This document shows positions 54,924-63,478 of a stretch of 64,000 bases of DNA, in pieces. Source of the stretch: a virus (Duplodnaviria > Caudoviricetes); the IMG/VR virus record IMGVR_UViG_3300035696_002928, positions 20,565 to 84,564 of that record, one strand, 5' to 3'. Position 1 is the first letter of the stretch. Each line of letters opens with the position of its first letter. A program made the position numbers and the translations under genes. Under the pieces are notes generated by a model, which worked only from the letters and a program-made list of their open reading frames with translations, did no database searches and had not been told where the DNA came from.

Positions 54924-56807
54924 CTAAAGTTGCTTGCCCTTCCCGCGGACGGGCGGCTTGGTGTCGTGGTCGAGCGTCGTGTCCCGGCTGGTCGCCTTCT
55001 CCTCCTTGCCAGCGGCGGCGTTCGCCGAGAGATCGGGCACGCCCCGCGCCCCGGCATCACCGCCCATGTTGCCCACGTCGCTGAGGTTCGTGGAGTCAGA
55101 CCCGAAGGTCTTGCCCGTCGCCGGATCGCGCCTCGTGCCGCCGGTCGTTTGATCGCCGAACGCACCGCCCTTCTGCTGAGCTTGCAGAATCCGAATCGCC
55201 CTGGCCGCATGATCGGCACGGGCTTGCAGGTGCTCGTCGTCGTTGAAGCCGAGTGCCATCGCGGCCGTCTTCTCGCCGCACAGGCCCGCCGTGACCGCCG
55301 CAATGATGGTCGTCGGATCACTGGTAGCGTAAGGGGCCTTGTCGATCTCGGCGAAGATGGCTTGAATGTCGCCCACGCTGACCTTGCCGCCGAGCAAAGC
55401 AAGCACGATGTTCTTCGCCAACTCGCGCTTGACCTTCTGGCCCGGCACTGCGTACATCAACTTGACGAGATTCTCGGCTTCCGTGATGCGGTCGGAGTCC
55501 GTCTTGAGGCTGTAGCGGTCCGGGTACTTGATCGTGGCGACATTCCGTTTCGCCGCATCGCGTTCCTCATAGGCCGCCCAGAACTCGGCGATCTGCCGCT
55601 CGGCGGCCTCCAGCACCAGGCCGATGTAAGACAAGCCGGCTTCAAGGCCCTGGTTGTCCATCGACTTCGATTCCGCCGTGGCCCGATTCGCCGTGTTGGC
55701 CACCGCCAAATGGATCAGCTTGCGGATGTCGTCCTCCAGCTTGGCTTGCAACTCCATCGACGCCTTCAAGGGCTCGCTCGACGGATTGATAAAGGCCGGA
55801 GCATTGGCCTTCATGTCGTAGGTCCGGCCTTGCGTCGTGCCGACCTTGATGTCGGAGTCCGCACCTGGCTGACCGCCCGTTGTCGCCGTGCCGTCCTCGC
55901 CCACCGCAGTCTTCAGGTGGGAGCCCATCGCCCGCTGGTCCTTCTGCTCGATGTAGAAAGGGAAGTTGCTCTTCAGGGCGTAGTTCACGTCACTGGACCC
56001 GAGATTAAGCAACGCGATTTGGTGGTTCACCACGTCCTTAATCATGCTGTCGCCGATGTCCAACAGCACGAAGGGGATGCGGGTCAACTCCAACTCCACG
56101 GCCCCGGCCGGATTCCCCTGGCGGTCGATGGGATTGCCGGCGGTGTCCAGGAATTGCAAGTTGACCTTGCCGGTGTCACGGTCGATCCACAACATGCGGA
56201 ACCGCTCGACCGTGGTGGTCGGCAGGTAGGTTCGCTGATCGAAGTTGAGCACCACGTCGCGGAGCAAGAGCGCCTGGAACGTGGAGGGCTCATCCGGCTT
56301 GGCACAAGTCCAGCTCAGAATGTCTTCGATGGGGTAGAAGTACAGGTAGGGCCGAACGCCCTTCACGTCGGCCAGCGTGGCGTTGCCCGGGACCTCCGGG
56401 GAATCCACGTAGACGCCGACGCGCCCCATAATGAGCAGTTCCGACAGCACCTTGATACCGAGGAATCCGTTCATCGTGTTGCCGCGCAAGTCCACGCCCA
56501 GGCTCAAACCGTTGATCGCCTCCTGGTATGCGTTGCTGCCGCCGCGCCGAATGGTGTCGCGCAAGCGCTGGAAGATGGCGTTGCGCACGTCGTCAATCGC
56601 CACCCGCGCATAGCTGGGGATCGGCGTCATGTTGAGCCGATTCTGAAAGTCCTGCTCGTCCTCGCGGCCACTGAGTTTCTGGAGATACAGCTTGCGGAAG
56701 TATTCGCCGCCGTTGTAAGTGATGCGCCACTTGCGCCAATCCAGCAGGCTGCTGAGATAGCTCGGGTGGCGGACTTCAACGATGTTGGTGATGTATTGAA
56801 CAACCAC
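54924..56807 (-). CDS. Portal protein
   Basis: 627 aa immediately after the terminase; helical; low-complexity C-terminal tail. Confidence 0.75.
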   Translation of the reverse strand: MVVQYITNIVEVRHPSYLSSLLDWRKWRITYNGGEYFRKLYLQKLSGREDEQDFQNRLNMTPIPSYARVAIDDVRNAIFQRLRDTIRRGGSNAYQEAINGLSLGVDLRGNTMNGFLGIKVLSELLIMGRVGVYVDSPEVPGNATLADVKGVRPYLYFYPIEDILSWTCAKPDEPSTFQALLLRDVVLNFDQRTYLPTTTVERFRMLWIDRDTGKVNLQFLDTAGNPIDRQGNPAGAVELELTRIPFVLLDIGDSMIKDVVNHQIALLNLGSSDVNYALKSNFPFYIEQKDQRAMGSHLKTAVGEDGTATTGGQPGADSDIKVGTTQGRTYDMKANAPAFINPSSEPLKASMELQAKLEDDIRKLIHLAVANTANRATAESKSMDNQGLEAGLSYIGLVLEAAERQIAEFWAAYEERDAAKRNVATIKYPDRYSLKTDSDRITEAENLVKLMYAVPGQKVKRELAKNIVLALLGGKVSVGDIQAIFAEIDKAPYATSDPTTIIAAVTAGLCGEKTAAMALGFNDDEHLQARADHAARAIRILQAQQKGGAFGDQTTGGTRRDPATGKTFGSDSTNLSDVGNMGGDAGARGVPDLSANAAAGKEEKATSRDTTLDHDTKPPVRGKGKQL

Positions 56808-56819
56808 GAGTACATCCCC

Positions 56820-58520
56820 TTACAGAACTTTGCCGATGTTGGTGCCGCCACCAATGCCTGCGGCAAAGGTCAGTCCGATGTCGGCGTAGACCAGCGAGTG
56901 CGCGTAGTGGTCAGGTCCAGTCTCAACGTAGACCGCTTCTGGGTTGCCGTGGTCATCCTTCTCGTAGGTCCGCACAAGGTTCTTCAGGTGCTCGCGGTAC
57001 TCCACGGAAATGTCTGCCGGCAACAGCAGCCGCGTCGGGTTCGTCTTGAAGCGGCCGAGCGTGCAACCCAGCCAGTTCGTCCGGTCCACCGTCGCCATCG
57101 GGGCTCCGGTGTCCTCTTCAGAAAGTGCGATCTCCTTCGCGGTCTGGCCGCGCCGATAACGGGTCAGCCAGACGTAGCCGTGAAACTTACGGGCAAAGCG
57201 GCGGGCATCGTTGATGTTCGGGTCGGCGTCGATGACGCAGGCCAGGACTTGCCACTCCCGCATCAGTTGTCCGAGATAAGTGAAGTCGTCTTCCCGGAAC
57301 TTGCCGTACCAAAGCAGCTTGCCCAACGCCGCCAGGTTGATGTCCACGCGACGGTCGCCATCGACCGTCCAGTCCACAACGGAGATGTAGCCGGTCTTGC
57401 CCTGGTCCACACCCATCGTGATGCACCGCCGGCCGCCGACCACCGGCCGCAGGTCGGTGATCGAATACTTCCGCACGGCGTTATCCAGCATCGTGTCCGT
57501 GACCTGGGCGTTCTCGCCGATGAACGGCACGCCCAGCTTGGAGTTGTGAAACTCCTTGTTCGCTATCTCGTCGCCCTGACCGCGAAAATAGGCGATAGCG
57601 ATTTCGCCCGGACTCACGGTGGACGAGTAAAGCTGATTGGCGTAAAAGCCACGGGACTCCTGCGGGTCCACATTGGGATTCGTCGGCTGCCACAGGCCGT
57701 TGGCCAGAAACATCGGCTTGGCGGCATGGTCCAGCTTGTGCTTGCATTCCTTGCACTTGAGAAAGGATTCGGCGGTGCGCGGGTCGCTGACCGTTTCACC
57801 AACGATCTCGAAGCAATCGGGCCACACCAACTCAGTCGATCGGCTGCAACACGGGCACTTGAAGAAGAAGTGCTCTTGCGTGCTGGTGAGGTACAGCCTA
57901 TGGATGCCGTACTTGGGAACAGTCGGCGTCGATATGGCGACGACGTGCTTCTCGATCTGGCCGGAGAGGCGTTCCAAGGCCAACCAAATGGCCTTCGTAT
58001 CCATCTCGTCCAACTCGTCCAGGACCAGTTCGGAGACCGGGATGGACTTCAGGTTGGAATCGCCACGGCTCCCGCGGATGTAGAGGACGTTGGTGCCGGT
58101 CGATTTCAGGCCGACCGTGTTGGTATCGACGAACAGTGACTTCAGGTAAGGGCTGAGCTTCAGTGCGGTGGTGAAACGAGCCTTGGAGAAATCGCTCGCA
58201 TTCAAGGTCGTCGGAAGCACGTACAGCACGTCACGCTTCGCCTGGTCAAGCGTGAAGAACGCCCGATTGATCCCCGCTTCCGTGATACCCAACTGTGCCG
58301 CCTTCATCGCCACGGTGAAGGCGGCCTTGCTGTTGTGAATCTCGCGGCACCAAGGATGGTGCAGGAAGCTATAGGGACCGGGGAAAGGCGCTCCCATCAC
58401 CCGGCGATGCTCGGCCCACCGGCTACACGACAATAGAGACGAGTTCTCCAGGCCGCGGGTGATGCCCTGCTCGAAGGCATCCCACAGATCGGCATGGCTG
58501 TCGCGTGTCTGAATCGTCAT
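56820..58520 (-). CDS. terL: Terminase large subunit (lambda GpA-like)
   Basis: MKAAQLGITE, LDELDEM, ISTPT, CPCC...CKEC zinc finger, MGVDQG nuclease, DHYAHS. Confidence 0.88.
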   Translation of the reverse strand: MTIQTRDSHADLWDAFEQGITRGLENSSLLSCSRWAEHRRVMGAPFPGPYSFLHHPWCREIHNSKAAFTVAMKAAQLGITEAGINRAFFTLDQAKRDVLYVLPTTLNASDFSKARFTTALKLSPYLKSLFVDTNTVGLKSTGTNVLYIRGSRGDSNLKSIPVSELVLDELDEMDTKAIWLALERLSGQIEKHVVAISTPTVPKYGIHRLYLTSTQEHFFFKCPCCSRSTELVWPDCFEIVGETVSDPRTAESFLKCKECKHKLDHAAKPMFLANGLWQPTNPNVDPQESRGFYANQLYSSTVSPGEIAIAYFRGQGDEIANKEFHNSKLGVPFIGENAQVTDTMLDNAVRKYSITDLRPVVGGRRCITMGVDQGKTGYISVVDWTVDGDRRVDINLAALGKLLWYGKFREDDFTYLGQLMREWQVLACVIDADPNINDARRFARKFHGYVWLTRYRRGQTAKEIALSEEDTGAPMATVDRTNWLGCTLGRFKTNPTRLLLPADISVEYREHLKNLVRTYEKDDHGNPEAVYVETGPDHYAHSLVYADIGLTFAAGIGGGTNIGKVL

Positions 58521-58610
58521 GTAGCCACCGCTGTATTCGAGGTTGCATGTTCAGGTTCGCTCGGCATGTTGCTCGGTCAGTGCGTTCGTCCTGTGCAACC
58601 TCGTGTTTCC

Positions 58611-59279
58611 TTAGCCGGCCGCCGGAGCCGCGTTGGCGGGGGCCGCATCGGCAATCGGAGCCGAATCGGCGACCGCGGGTGCATCGGTGGCCGGAGCCGC
58701 ATCAGCGGGAGCCGGGTCGGCAACCGGGGCCGCACTGGCTGGCGTGGCATCGGCGACCGGAGCCACTTCGGCAGGGGCCGCATCGGCGGAAGCCACCTCG
58801 GCAACCGGCGCGGCCTCGGCGAGAGCCGCATCGGCAACCGCGGGCGCATCGGCGGCCGGAGCTGAAACGACGGGAGCCGCGGCGGCAACCGGAGTCGCAT
58901 CGGCGGGAGTCGCATCGGCGACCGGGGCCGCATCGGTGGAGCCCGTGGTGGCGGGAGTTGTATTGGCGGGGGCCACATCGACGGGAGCCGCACCGGCAAC
59001 CGGCTCGGCTACTTGGAGGCCAACCATCGACAAGGCGGATTCGATCTTCCGCACGGCCGCTTGAATCAGCGCGGGGCCACAGCCGCTTGGCACATGACCG
59101 CCCGCATCGCGGAAGCAGGAGTACACGTCCACCTCGGCTTCCTCGACGCCTTCGGGCAACTCGATGTCCACGAAGGAGTGAAAGCTGCGGTTTACCGTCG
59201 CCGTGCGTTCGCCTTTGGGCGTCATCAGGATGACGGTCACGTATGGGTAACTGCTACTGTACGGAAGCGCGACTCGCAT
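58611..59279 (-). CDS. Small globular domain plus long A/P/V/D low-complexity tail
   Basis: Repeated APVADA-like units. Confidence 0.55.
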   Translation of the reverse strand: MRVALPYSSSYPYVTVILMTPKGERTATVNRSFHSFVDIELPEGVEEAEVDVYSCFRDAGGHVPSGCGPALIQAAVRKIESALSMVGLQVAEPVAGAAPVDVAPANTTPATTGSTDAAPVADATPADATPVAAAAPVVSAPAADAPAVADAALAEAAPVAEVASADAAPAEVAPVADATPASAAPVADPAPADAAPATDAPAVADSAPIADAAPANAAPAAG

Positions 59280-59523
59280 GGCTTTCCTCCACTGCTTGAG
59301 CTATTTCCAAGAGGTTGGACGCCATCCGGCGAAGCGGGGCGGGATCACCACCCGGCGCGCCAAGATGCGTGTAGACTCGCATCATTTCCACGACTGCATT
59401 GCAGGTGACAAGGGCATGGTGCCAGAGGCGCTTGCCGTCTTCGACCACAAGGCCGGAGACAGGTGGCAGCTTCGGTGTCGCCGGCCCTGGCGGACAATTG
59501 GCGCACCGTCGCTCGGCCATCAC
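59254..59523 (-). CDS. Hypothetical protein
   Basis: Start overlaps the thioredoxin stop; fills the gap in the operon. Confidence 0.4.
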   Translation of the reverse strand: MMAERRCANCPPGPATPKLPPVSGLVVEDGKRLWHHALVTCNAVVEMMRVYTHLGAPGGDPAPLRRMASNLLEIAQAVEESHASRASVQ

Positions 59524-59936
59524 TGCCTCCCGAACGCTTCATTCATCAGCCGGACGGCCTCGTCGATGTCCTGTGTCCGCACGGTTTTGTGTCCGCAACG
59601 GAGCGCGAAGTAGACCGGGACGCTGGTGATGCCCCACTTGGCCGCCAGATCAGGGTACTTGTCGATGTTGACCCGCTCGACAACAACGCCCTTTTGTTCC
59701 AGGGCGTCCAGCTTCGGCTCGCCCGCGCGGCAGGCCGGGCACCAGTCCGCCCCGAAGGCAATGATCTTCGGCGGACAGCACTGCTTATGCTGTTGCTCAG
59801 GTTGCGCCGGGCATTGCTTGTTGGGCGCTGGCCACGGGGCCAAAGGTGTCGGCGGCTCGCAGCCCAGAAACAGGATGGTCGCCAGGATGGCTGACAACGG
59901 CAGCAACACGGACGTGTAAAAAGATCGTGAATTCAT
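59520..59936 (-). CDS. Thioredoxin-like exported/lipoprotein
   Basis: Hydrophobic leader ending LFLGC; WCPAC active site; cis-Pro motif TSVP. Confidence 0.8.
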   Translation of the reverse strand: MNSRSFYTSVLLPLSAILATILFLGCEPPTPLAPWPAPNKQCPAQPEQQHKQCCPPKIIAFGADWCPACRAGEPKLDALEQKGVVVERVNIDKYPDLAAKWGITSVPVYFALRCGHKTVRTQDIDEAVRLMNEAFGRQ

Positions 59937-59976
59937 ACTGACCATCCTTTTCCGGTGCCGAGCATTTCGAGGCCCG

Positions 59977-60007
59977 GCCCCGGTCGGCTTACAACACCGA
60001 CCGGGGC
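59977..60007. other. Intergenic hairpin
   Basis: GCCCCGGTCGG/CCGACCGGGGC 11 bp stem. Confidence 0.45.
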
Positions 60008-60142
60008 GAGGGGATACCAAAGACCTGTCAAAAGTGCGCGTGATTCAGAGGCGTGACAGGTTTACTGAGAATCGCCCGGCTGCGTATGACCGTAGCGGCG
60101 AGCGATGATCCAGGGATGCTATCCCTGGAGGGGCTGACAGCT

Positions 60143-60586
60143 TCACTTGGCCGGAGCCGCCGGGGCAGTGGGAGCCGCAGGCGCAGCGGGAGCGGCCGGG
60201 CCTGGGACCGGATCGCTGGCCTGCTCGATCACGGCGATCTTCGCCTTAATCAAGGCCATGCCCTCGGGCGTTGCCAGCTTCTTGTCCAGCACATTCTCGT
60301 AGGTGGCTTCCAGGTCCTTCTCGATGGCGTCGTTGCCGGCTTCCACCAGCTTGGCCAGATCGTGAATCTTCGTCAGCAGGTCGCTCACGTCGCCCACAAC
60401 GAAGTCTTCCAGTAGCTTGGGGAGCAGCGTGAGGCCGACAGCCCGCAACTTGATGGCGAGTGCCTGGGCGGCCCGCTTCTTCTCCACCAGTTTCTCGTTC
60501 ACGCCGAACAGGTACTTGCCGGCCTCGCGGCCAAGCAACACGCACACGAGAGCAACCAGGATCAACAGCACAACGGTCGGGTTCAT
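60143..60586 (-). CDS. Membrane-anchored coiled-coil protein with AP-rich tail
   Basis: N-terminal TM; GGAG RBS. Confidence 0.6.
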   Translation of the reverse strand: MNPTVVLLILVALVCVLLGREAGKYLFGVNEKLVEKKRAAQALAIKLRAVGLTLLPKLLEDFVVGDVSDLLTKIHDLAKLVEAGNDAIEKDLEATYENVLDKKLATPEGMALIKAKIAVIEQASDPVPGPAAPAAPAAPTAPAAPAK

Positions 60587-60660
60587 ACTTCTTCTCCGAG
60601 TGTGGGAATGCTGCGTCAGGCAGCGGGCAGGTCACAGGAAACAGACACGCGAGACGGCGG

Positions 60661-61353
60661 CTACCTCACGACCGGCAGCCACTTCTCTTTCAGTTTGCGG
60701 CCGTAGCCGATGGCCAGGCCCAAGAGCACCGCACCTCCGCAGACCGGAACCACGACATACCAGGCCAGCAGTGATTCCACAGCGTCCACAACCGGCGACG
60801 CGCTATCGTCAGTCGGTTGCGGCTCGGGATCGGGACTCGGCTGCGGAGTCGGGTTCGGTTGCGGGTTCGGATTCGGCGCGGGGCACCGTCGCTCCATTTC
60901 CCGCCGCCAGGGCAAGATCGGCCGGAGACGTTGCGCCTCGCCCACCGCATTGGCCAGGGCACCATTGAGCCCCGCGGCCGTCAGAGGGATGTCCTTTGCC
61001 GACGCCTCGTAGATCACGTTGCCGGCGGCATTCTGCATCCGCACGGTAGGCAGGGCCTTGACGTTGGGCGCATAGCGTTCCGTGTAGACCGCGGTATCGG
61101 TCGTCACCGGGCAGAAATGCACCTGACTCTTCAGCTTGGCGAGGCTCGTATTGCTCTCGAACCAGCCGAGGATCTCCTTGTAGCCGGCATCGTTCGCGTT
61201 GCCGACGACACTGATGTACCACTTGCCCTGATCGTTGGGCAGGTTGACCACGCGCTCTTCGGCAAGAACGCCGTTCACCGTGTCGGCGAGGCACGGGGCC
61301 CCGGCCGCCGCGAGCATGAAGACACACAGGACAGTCAGTAGCAGCTTGTTCAT
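60661..61353 (-). CDS. Exported thioredoxin-fold-like protein with C-terminal TM anchor
   Basis: Signal peptide, VKALPTV cis-Pro-like motif without CxxC, PNPQ linker, TM. Confidence 0.55.
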   Translation of the reverse strand: MNKLLLTVLCVFMLAAAGAPCLADTVNGVLAEERVVNLPNDQGKWYISVVGNANDAGYKEILGWFESNTSLAKLKSQVHFCPVTTDTAVYTERYAPNVKALPTVRMQNAAGNVIYEASAKDIPLTAAGLNGALANAVGEAQRLRPILPWRREMERRCPAPNPNPQPNPTPQPSPDPEPQPTDDSASPVVDAVESLLAWYVVVPVCGGAVLLGLAIGYGRKLKEKWLPVVR

Positions 61354-61384
61354 TGTTCTCTCGCTTGTGAAACGGACCTTGACG

Positions 61385-61942
61385 TTATTGTGGAAGCGGA
61401 GCCGCCGGGGTGTAGATTGGCGTTATTGCCCATCCCAGGCTTGCCTTCCATTCAGCAATCAGCGTCTCTCGCGGAACCCAGACATAGCTCTCGACAGCGT
61501 TGTTGTCCAAGAGGGCAGCCCACTTGTTGTCGAGATACACCAAGGCGACCATGTGCGCCCCGCCCAGCACCGTGATGCCGCAGCCCCTCCGCGTGCGGCA
61601 CGCCCACTCCAGGAACTTCACGTCACCGTTGGTGACGTAGGCGTAGCGAATCCTGGCCGCATCCAGCTTCTTGGCCATGTCGTCGGGCCATTCGCCGGCA
61701 CCGTAATTCCGTCGCACCCAATCGGCCGTGTGATAGCGGCCCTGCCAACGCAACAGGGAAACCATCGAGGCCCAGGTACAGGACCCGTCACCCTCCGCTC
61801 CCTGCCAGTTGCTCTGCCGCATGGAAAGCGGCAAGTTCACTGTGGGGCGCTCTTTCTTCACCGGCCTCAGCTTGAGGCTGTCGTCACTGCACCCGCTGAG
61901 CAACAGGCACAACAGCGACACCGCTAAGATGTTTCGCGTCAT
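61385..61942 (-). CDS. Lipoprotein with C39-like cysteine peptidase domain
   Basis: Lipobox LLSGC; Q...GSCTWAS, AHMV, LDNN. Confidence 0.65.
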   Translation of the reverse strand: MTRNILAVSLLCLLLSGCSDDSLKLRPVKKERPTVNLPLSMRQSNWQGAEGDGSCTWASMVSLLRWQGRYHTADWVRRNYGAGEWPDDMAKKLDAARIRYAYVTNGDVKFLEWACRTRRGCGITVLGGAHMVALVYLDNKWAALLDNNAVESYVWVPRETLIAEWKASLGWAITPIYTPAAPLPQ

Positions 61943-62529
61943 CGCATCCTCCGTGGCTTGAAGACCAGTTCCCGCCGCCGGAGCGTGCGACAAAGGTGAT
62001 TCGGATTCCAACGGGCGGCGTCACTCGTGTTGAAGATTCCGATGTTCGACAAGCCCGCGGCGACCCACTCCGAGCAGAAGATCATGTGCAGGTCTTGCTC
62101 GCGGAAGCATGACTCGATCAAGGACAACCCGACGCCAGCCGACCGGAACGCCCCCATCTCGTCATAGGGCGTATGGATCGTGGCCATCAGGAACTCAGTC
62201 AGCCGCTTGTCTTCGCTCTCATAGAGCGGCCGATAGAGCGGATAGTGCCACACCTTGCCGTTGTAGGCCGGGAGCATCTTGTCGAGCACATGCGCCTGTG
62301 TCCCGTCAAAGCACTGCCCGGCGATCTCGCAGGGCATGTTTTCCAGCGTCGTGGACTCGAACAGCAGCAGCCGGCCGTCATCGGCATGGGCCATGATTCC
62401 CACATGGCTGATGCCCCACCACGGAAGCCCGTAGGTGCCGACGTTGATGAGGCCGCTGATCCAACTGTTGCCCGAGAAGCCGATTACGTCCCCGGCCTTG
62501 AGATCATCCGGGTGGACGATCTTGTTCAC
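61939..62529 (-). CDS. Permuted papain-like amidase (YiiX/YaeF, NlpC/P60 superfamily)
   Basis: GDVIGF, SHVGI before FCSEWVA (His precedes Cys), TPYD; start uncertain (GTG 62529 or 62631). Confidence 0.75.
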   Translation of the reverse strand: MNKIVHPDDLKAGDVIGFSGNSWISGLINVGTYGLPWWGISHVGIMAHADDGRLLLFESTTLENMPCEIAGQCFDGTQAHVLDKMLPAYNGKVWHYPLYRPLYESEDKRLTEFLMATIHTPYDEMGAFRSAGVGLSLIESCFREQDLHMIFCSEWVAAGLSNIGIFNTSDAARWNPNHLCRTLRRRELVFKPRRMR

Positions 62530-62767
62530 GGTGCGCCGGCGCAGCGCCGGAATCGCAGTGGCCGTTGCCGGCGGCGGCGCACACCCTTGGCCGCAATGGG
62601 GAAGGCTCGGGAACATGCTCAACCTCTTCACCGTTATGGATCATGGTCCGCACCGCGCGACTGTAGCCGTGATAGCGCTTCTGGTCGTTCGCCCAGCAAT
62701 CTTCGCAGCGCGTCTCACCCGCGTAGGTGATGATCTTGCCGCACGCACACCACTCGGGCATCTGCAT
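62504..62767 (-). CDS. Small CxC...CxxC protein
   Basis: CACG...CEDC; TAGATG coupling to the upstream gene. Confidence 0.5.
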   Translation of the reverse strand: MQMPEWCACGKIITYAGETRCEDCWANDQKRYHGYSRAVRTMIHNGEEVEHVPEPSPLRPRVCAAAGNGHCDSGAAPAHREQDRPPG

Positions 62768-63331
62768 CTAGGACTCGTTTGGAGCCGGAAGCGCTAAGGC
62801 CGTATCGTTGCGGGCCTGGTCGATGACGCCGATGACTTCGTGGATCAACGGGTCCACGATCTGCTCGTAGTTGGGCAAGTCCGAGAGCCGGTTCACGAGC
62901 ACCCGGCAAATCTCCATCCCGACCCGCAACAGCGTCGGCTTCGCCAGCAGGGTGCCCAACCGCTCCTCGATCTGGTTGCAGGTCTTGACCAGCTTTTCGA
63001 GCGTGAGGATATGGCTGTTTACACGCCCGAAGAGCGCCATGCGCTCCACGTCTGATTGAGCGGAATTCCACAGCCGCTCGATCATCATTCGCGTCAAGGC
63101 GATCTCGTCACGGAGCGATTTGATGTCGTCGTGCTCGGACAAGGCGGCCAATCTGGCGCGATCCTGGGCCTGGGCCAAGAGATACTGCCGCAGCCCCTTT
63201 ACAGGCGGCCGGTACGAGCCGGCGTGGACCTGGCAGTAATCGGACCCTTCCAGAGCCGCGGTCATGCACTGACCGGTGCCCACCGACGCCTTGCAGCGCC
63301 GCGGGTCCGCCATGTCCGTTACCCGCTCCAT
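62768..63331 (-). CDS. Putative terminase small subunit / zinc-finger DNA-binding protein
   Basis: RCKA...QC...YCQVHAG motif plus helical region; first gene of the late arm. Confidence 0.55.
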   Translation of the reverse strand: MERVTDMADPRRCKASVGTGQCMTAALEGSDYCQVHAGSYRPPVKGLRQYLLAQAQDRARLAALSEHDDIKSLRDEIALTRMMIERLWNSAQSDVERMALFGRVNSHILTLEKLVKTCNQIEERLGTLLAKPTLLRVGMEICRVLVNRLSDLPNYEQIVDPLIHEVIGVIDQARNDTALALPAPNES

Positions 63332-63371
63332 GCGTTACCTCAGTTAGCCCTGCCACAGAGATTCTCCACCA

Positions 63372-63403
63372 TTACCAGACGGCAGAAACGCGGCTTTTTC
63401 TAA
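63372..63403 (-). promoter_or_regulatory. Class II motif copy 3
   Basis: Same consensus; points into the 37 kb virion arm. Confidence 0.7.
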
Positions 63404-63431
63404 TCGAAAACGAGAATTCCGTCGCCGGGCA

Positions 63432-63463
63432 CTCTAGGGCTGCCAAGATCGCTGATTCAGTAA
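63432..63463 (+). promoter_or_regulatory. Class I motif copy 4
   Basis: Same consensus on the plus strand; upstream of 63479. Confidence 0.7.
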
Positions 63464-63478
63464 GAAGAAAGGCATCCC

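Noticed and set aside
54702-58139. 1145 aa plus-strand ORF
   Set aside because: Antisense shadow of terminase and portal, which carry clear motifs; long shadow ORFs are expected at this GC content
58538-58603. 10 bp inverted repeat CGAGGTTGCA/TGCAACCTCG upstream of terL, with a GGTTCG inside
   Set aside because: No cloverleaf can be built; too short to call a tRNA or cos site without further data
63017-63027. Partial third copy of the GGCGTGTAAAC element
   Set aside because: Only 11 nt and inside a coding region (GRVN codons); plausibly chance
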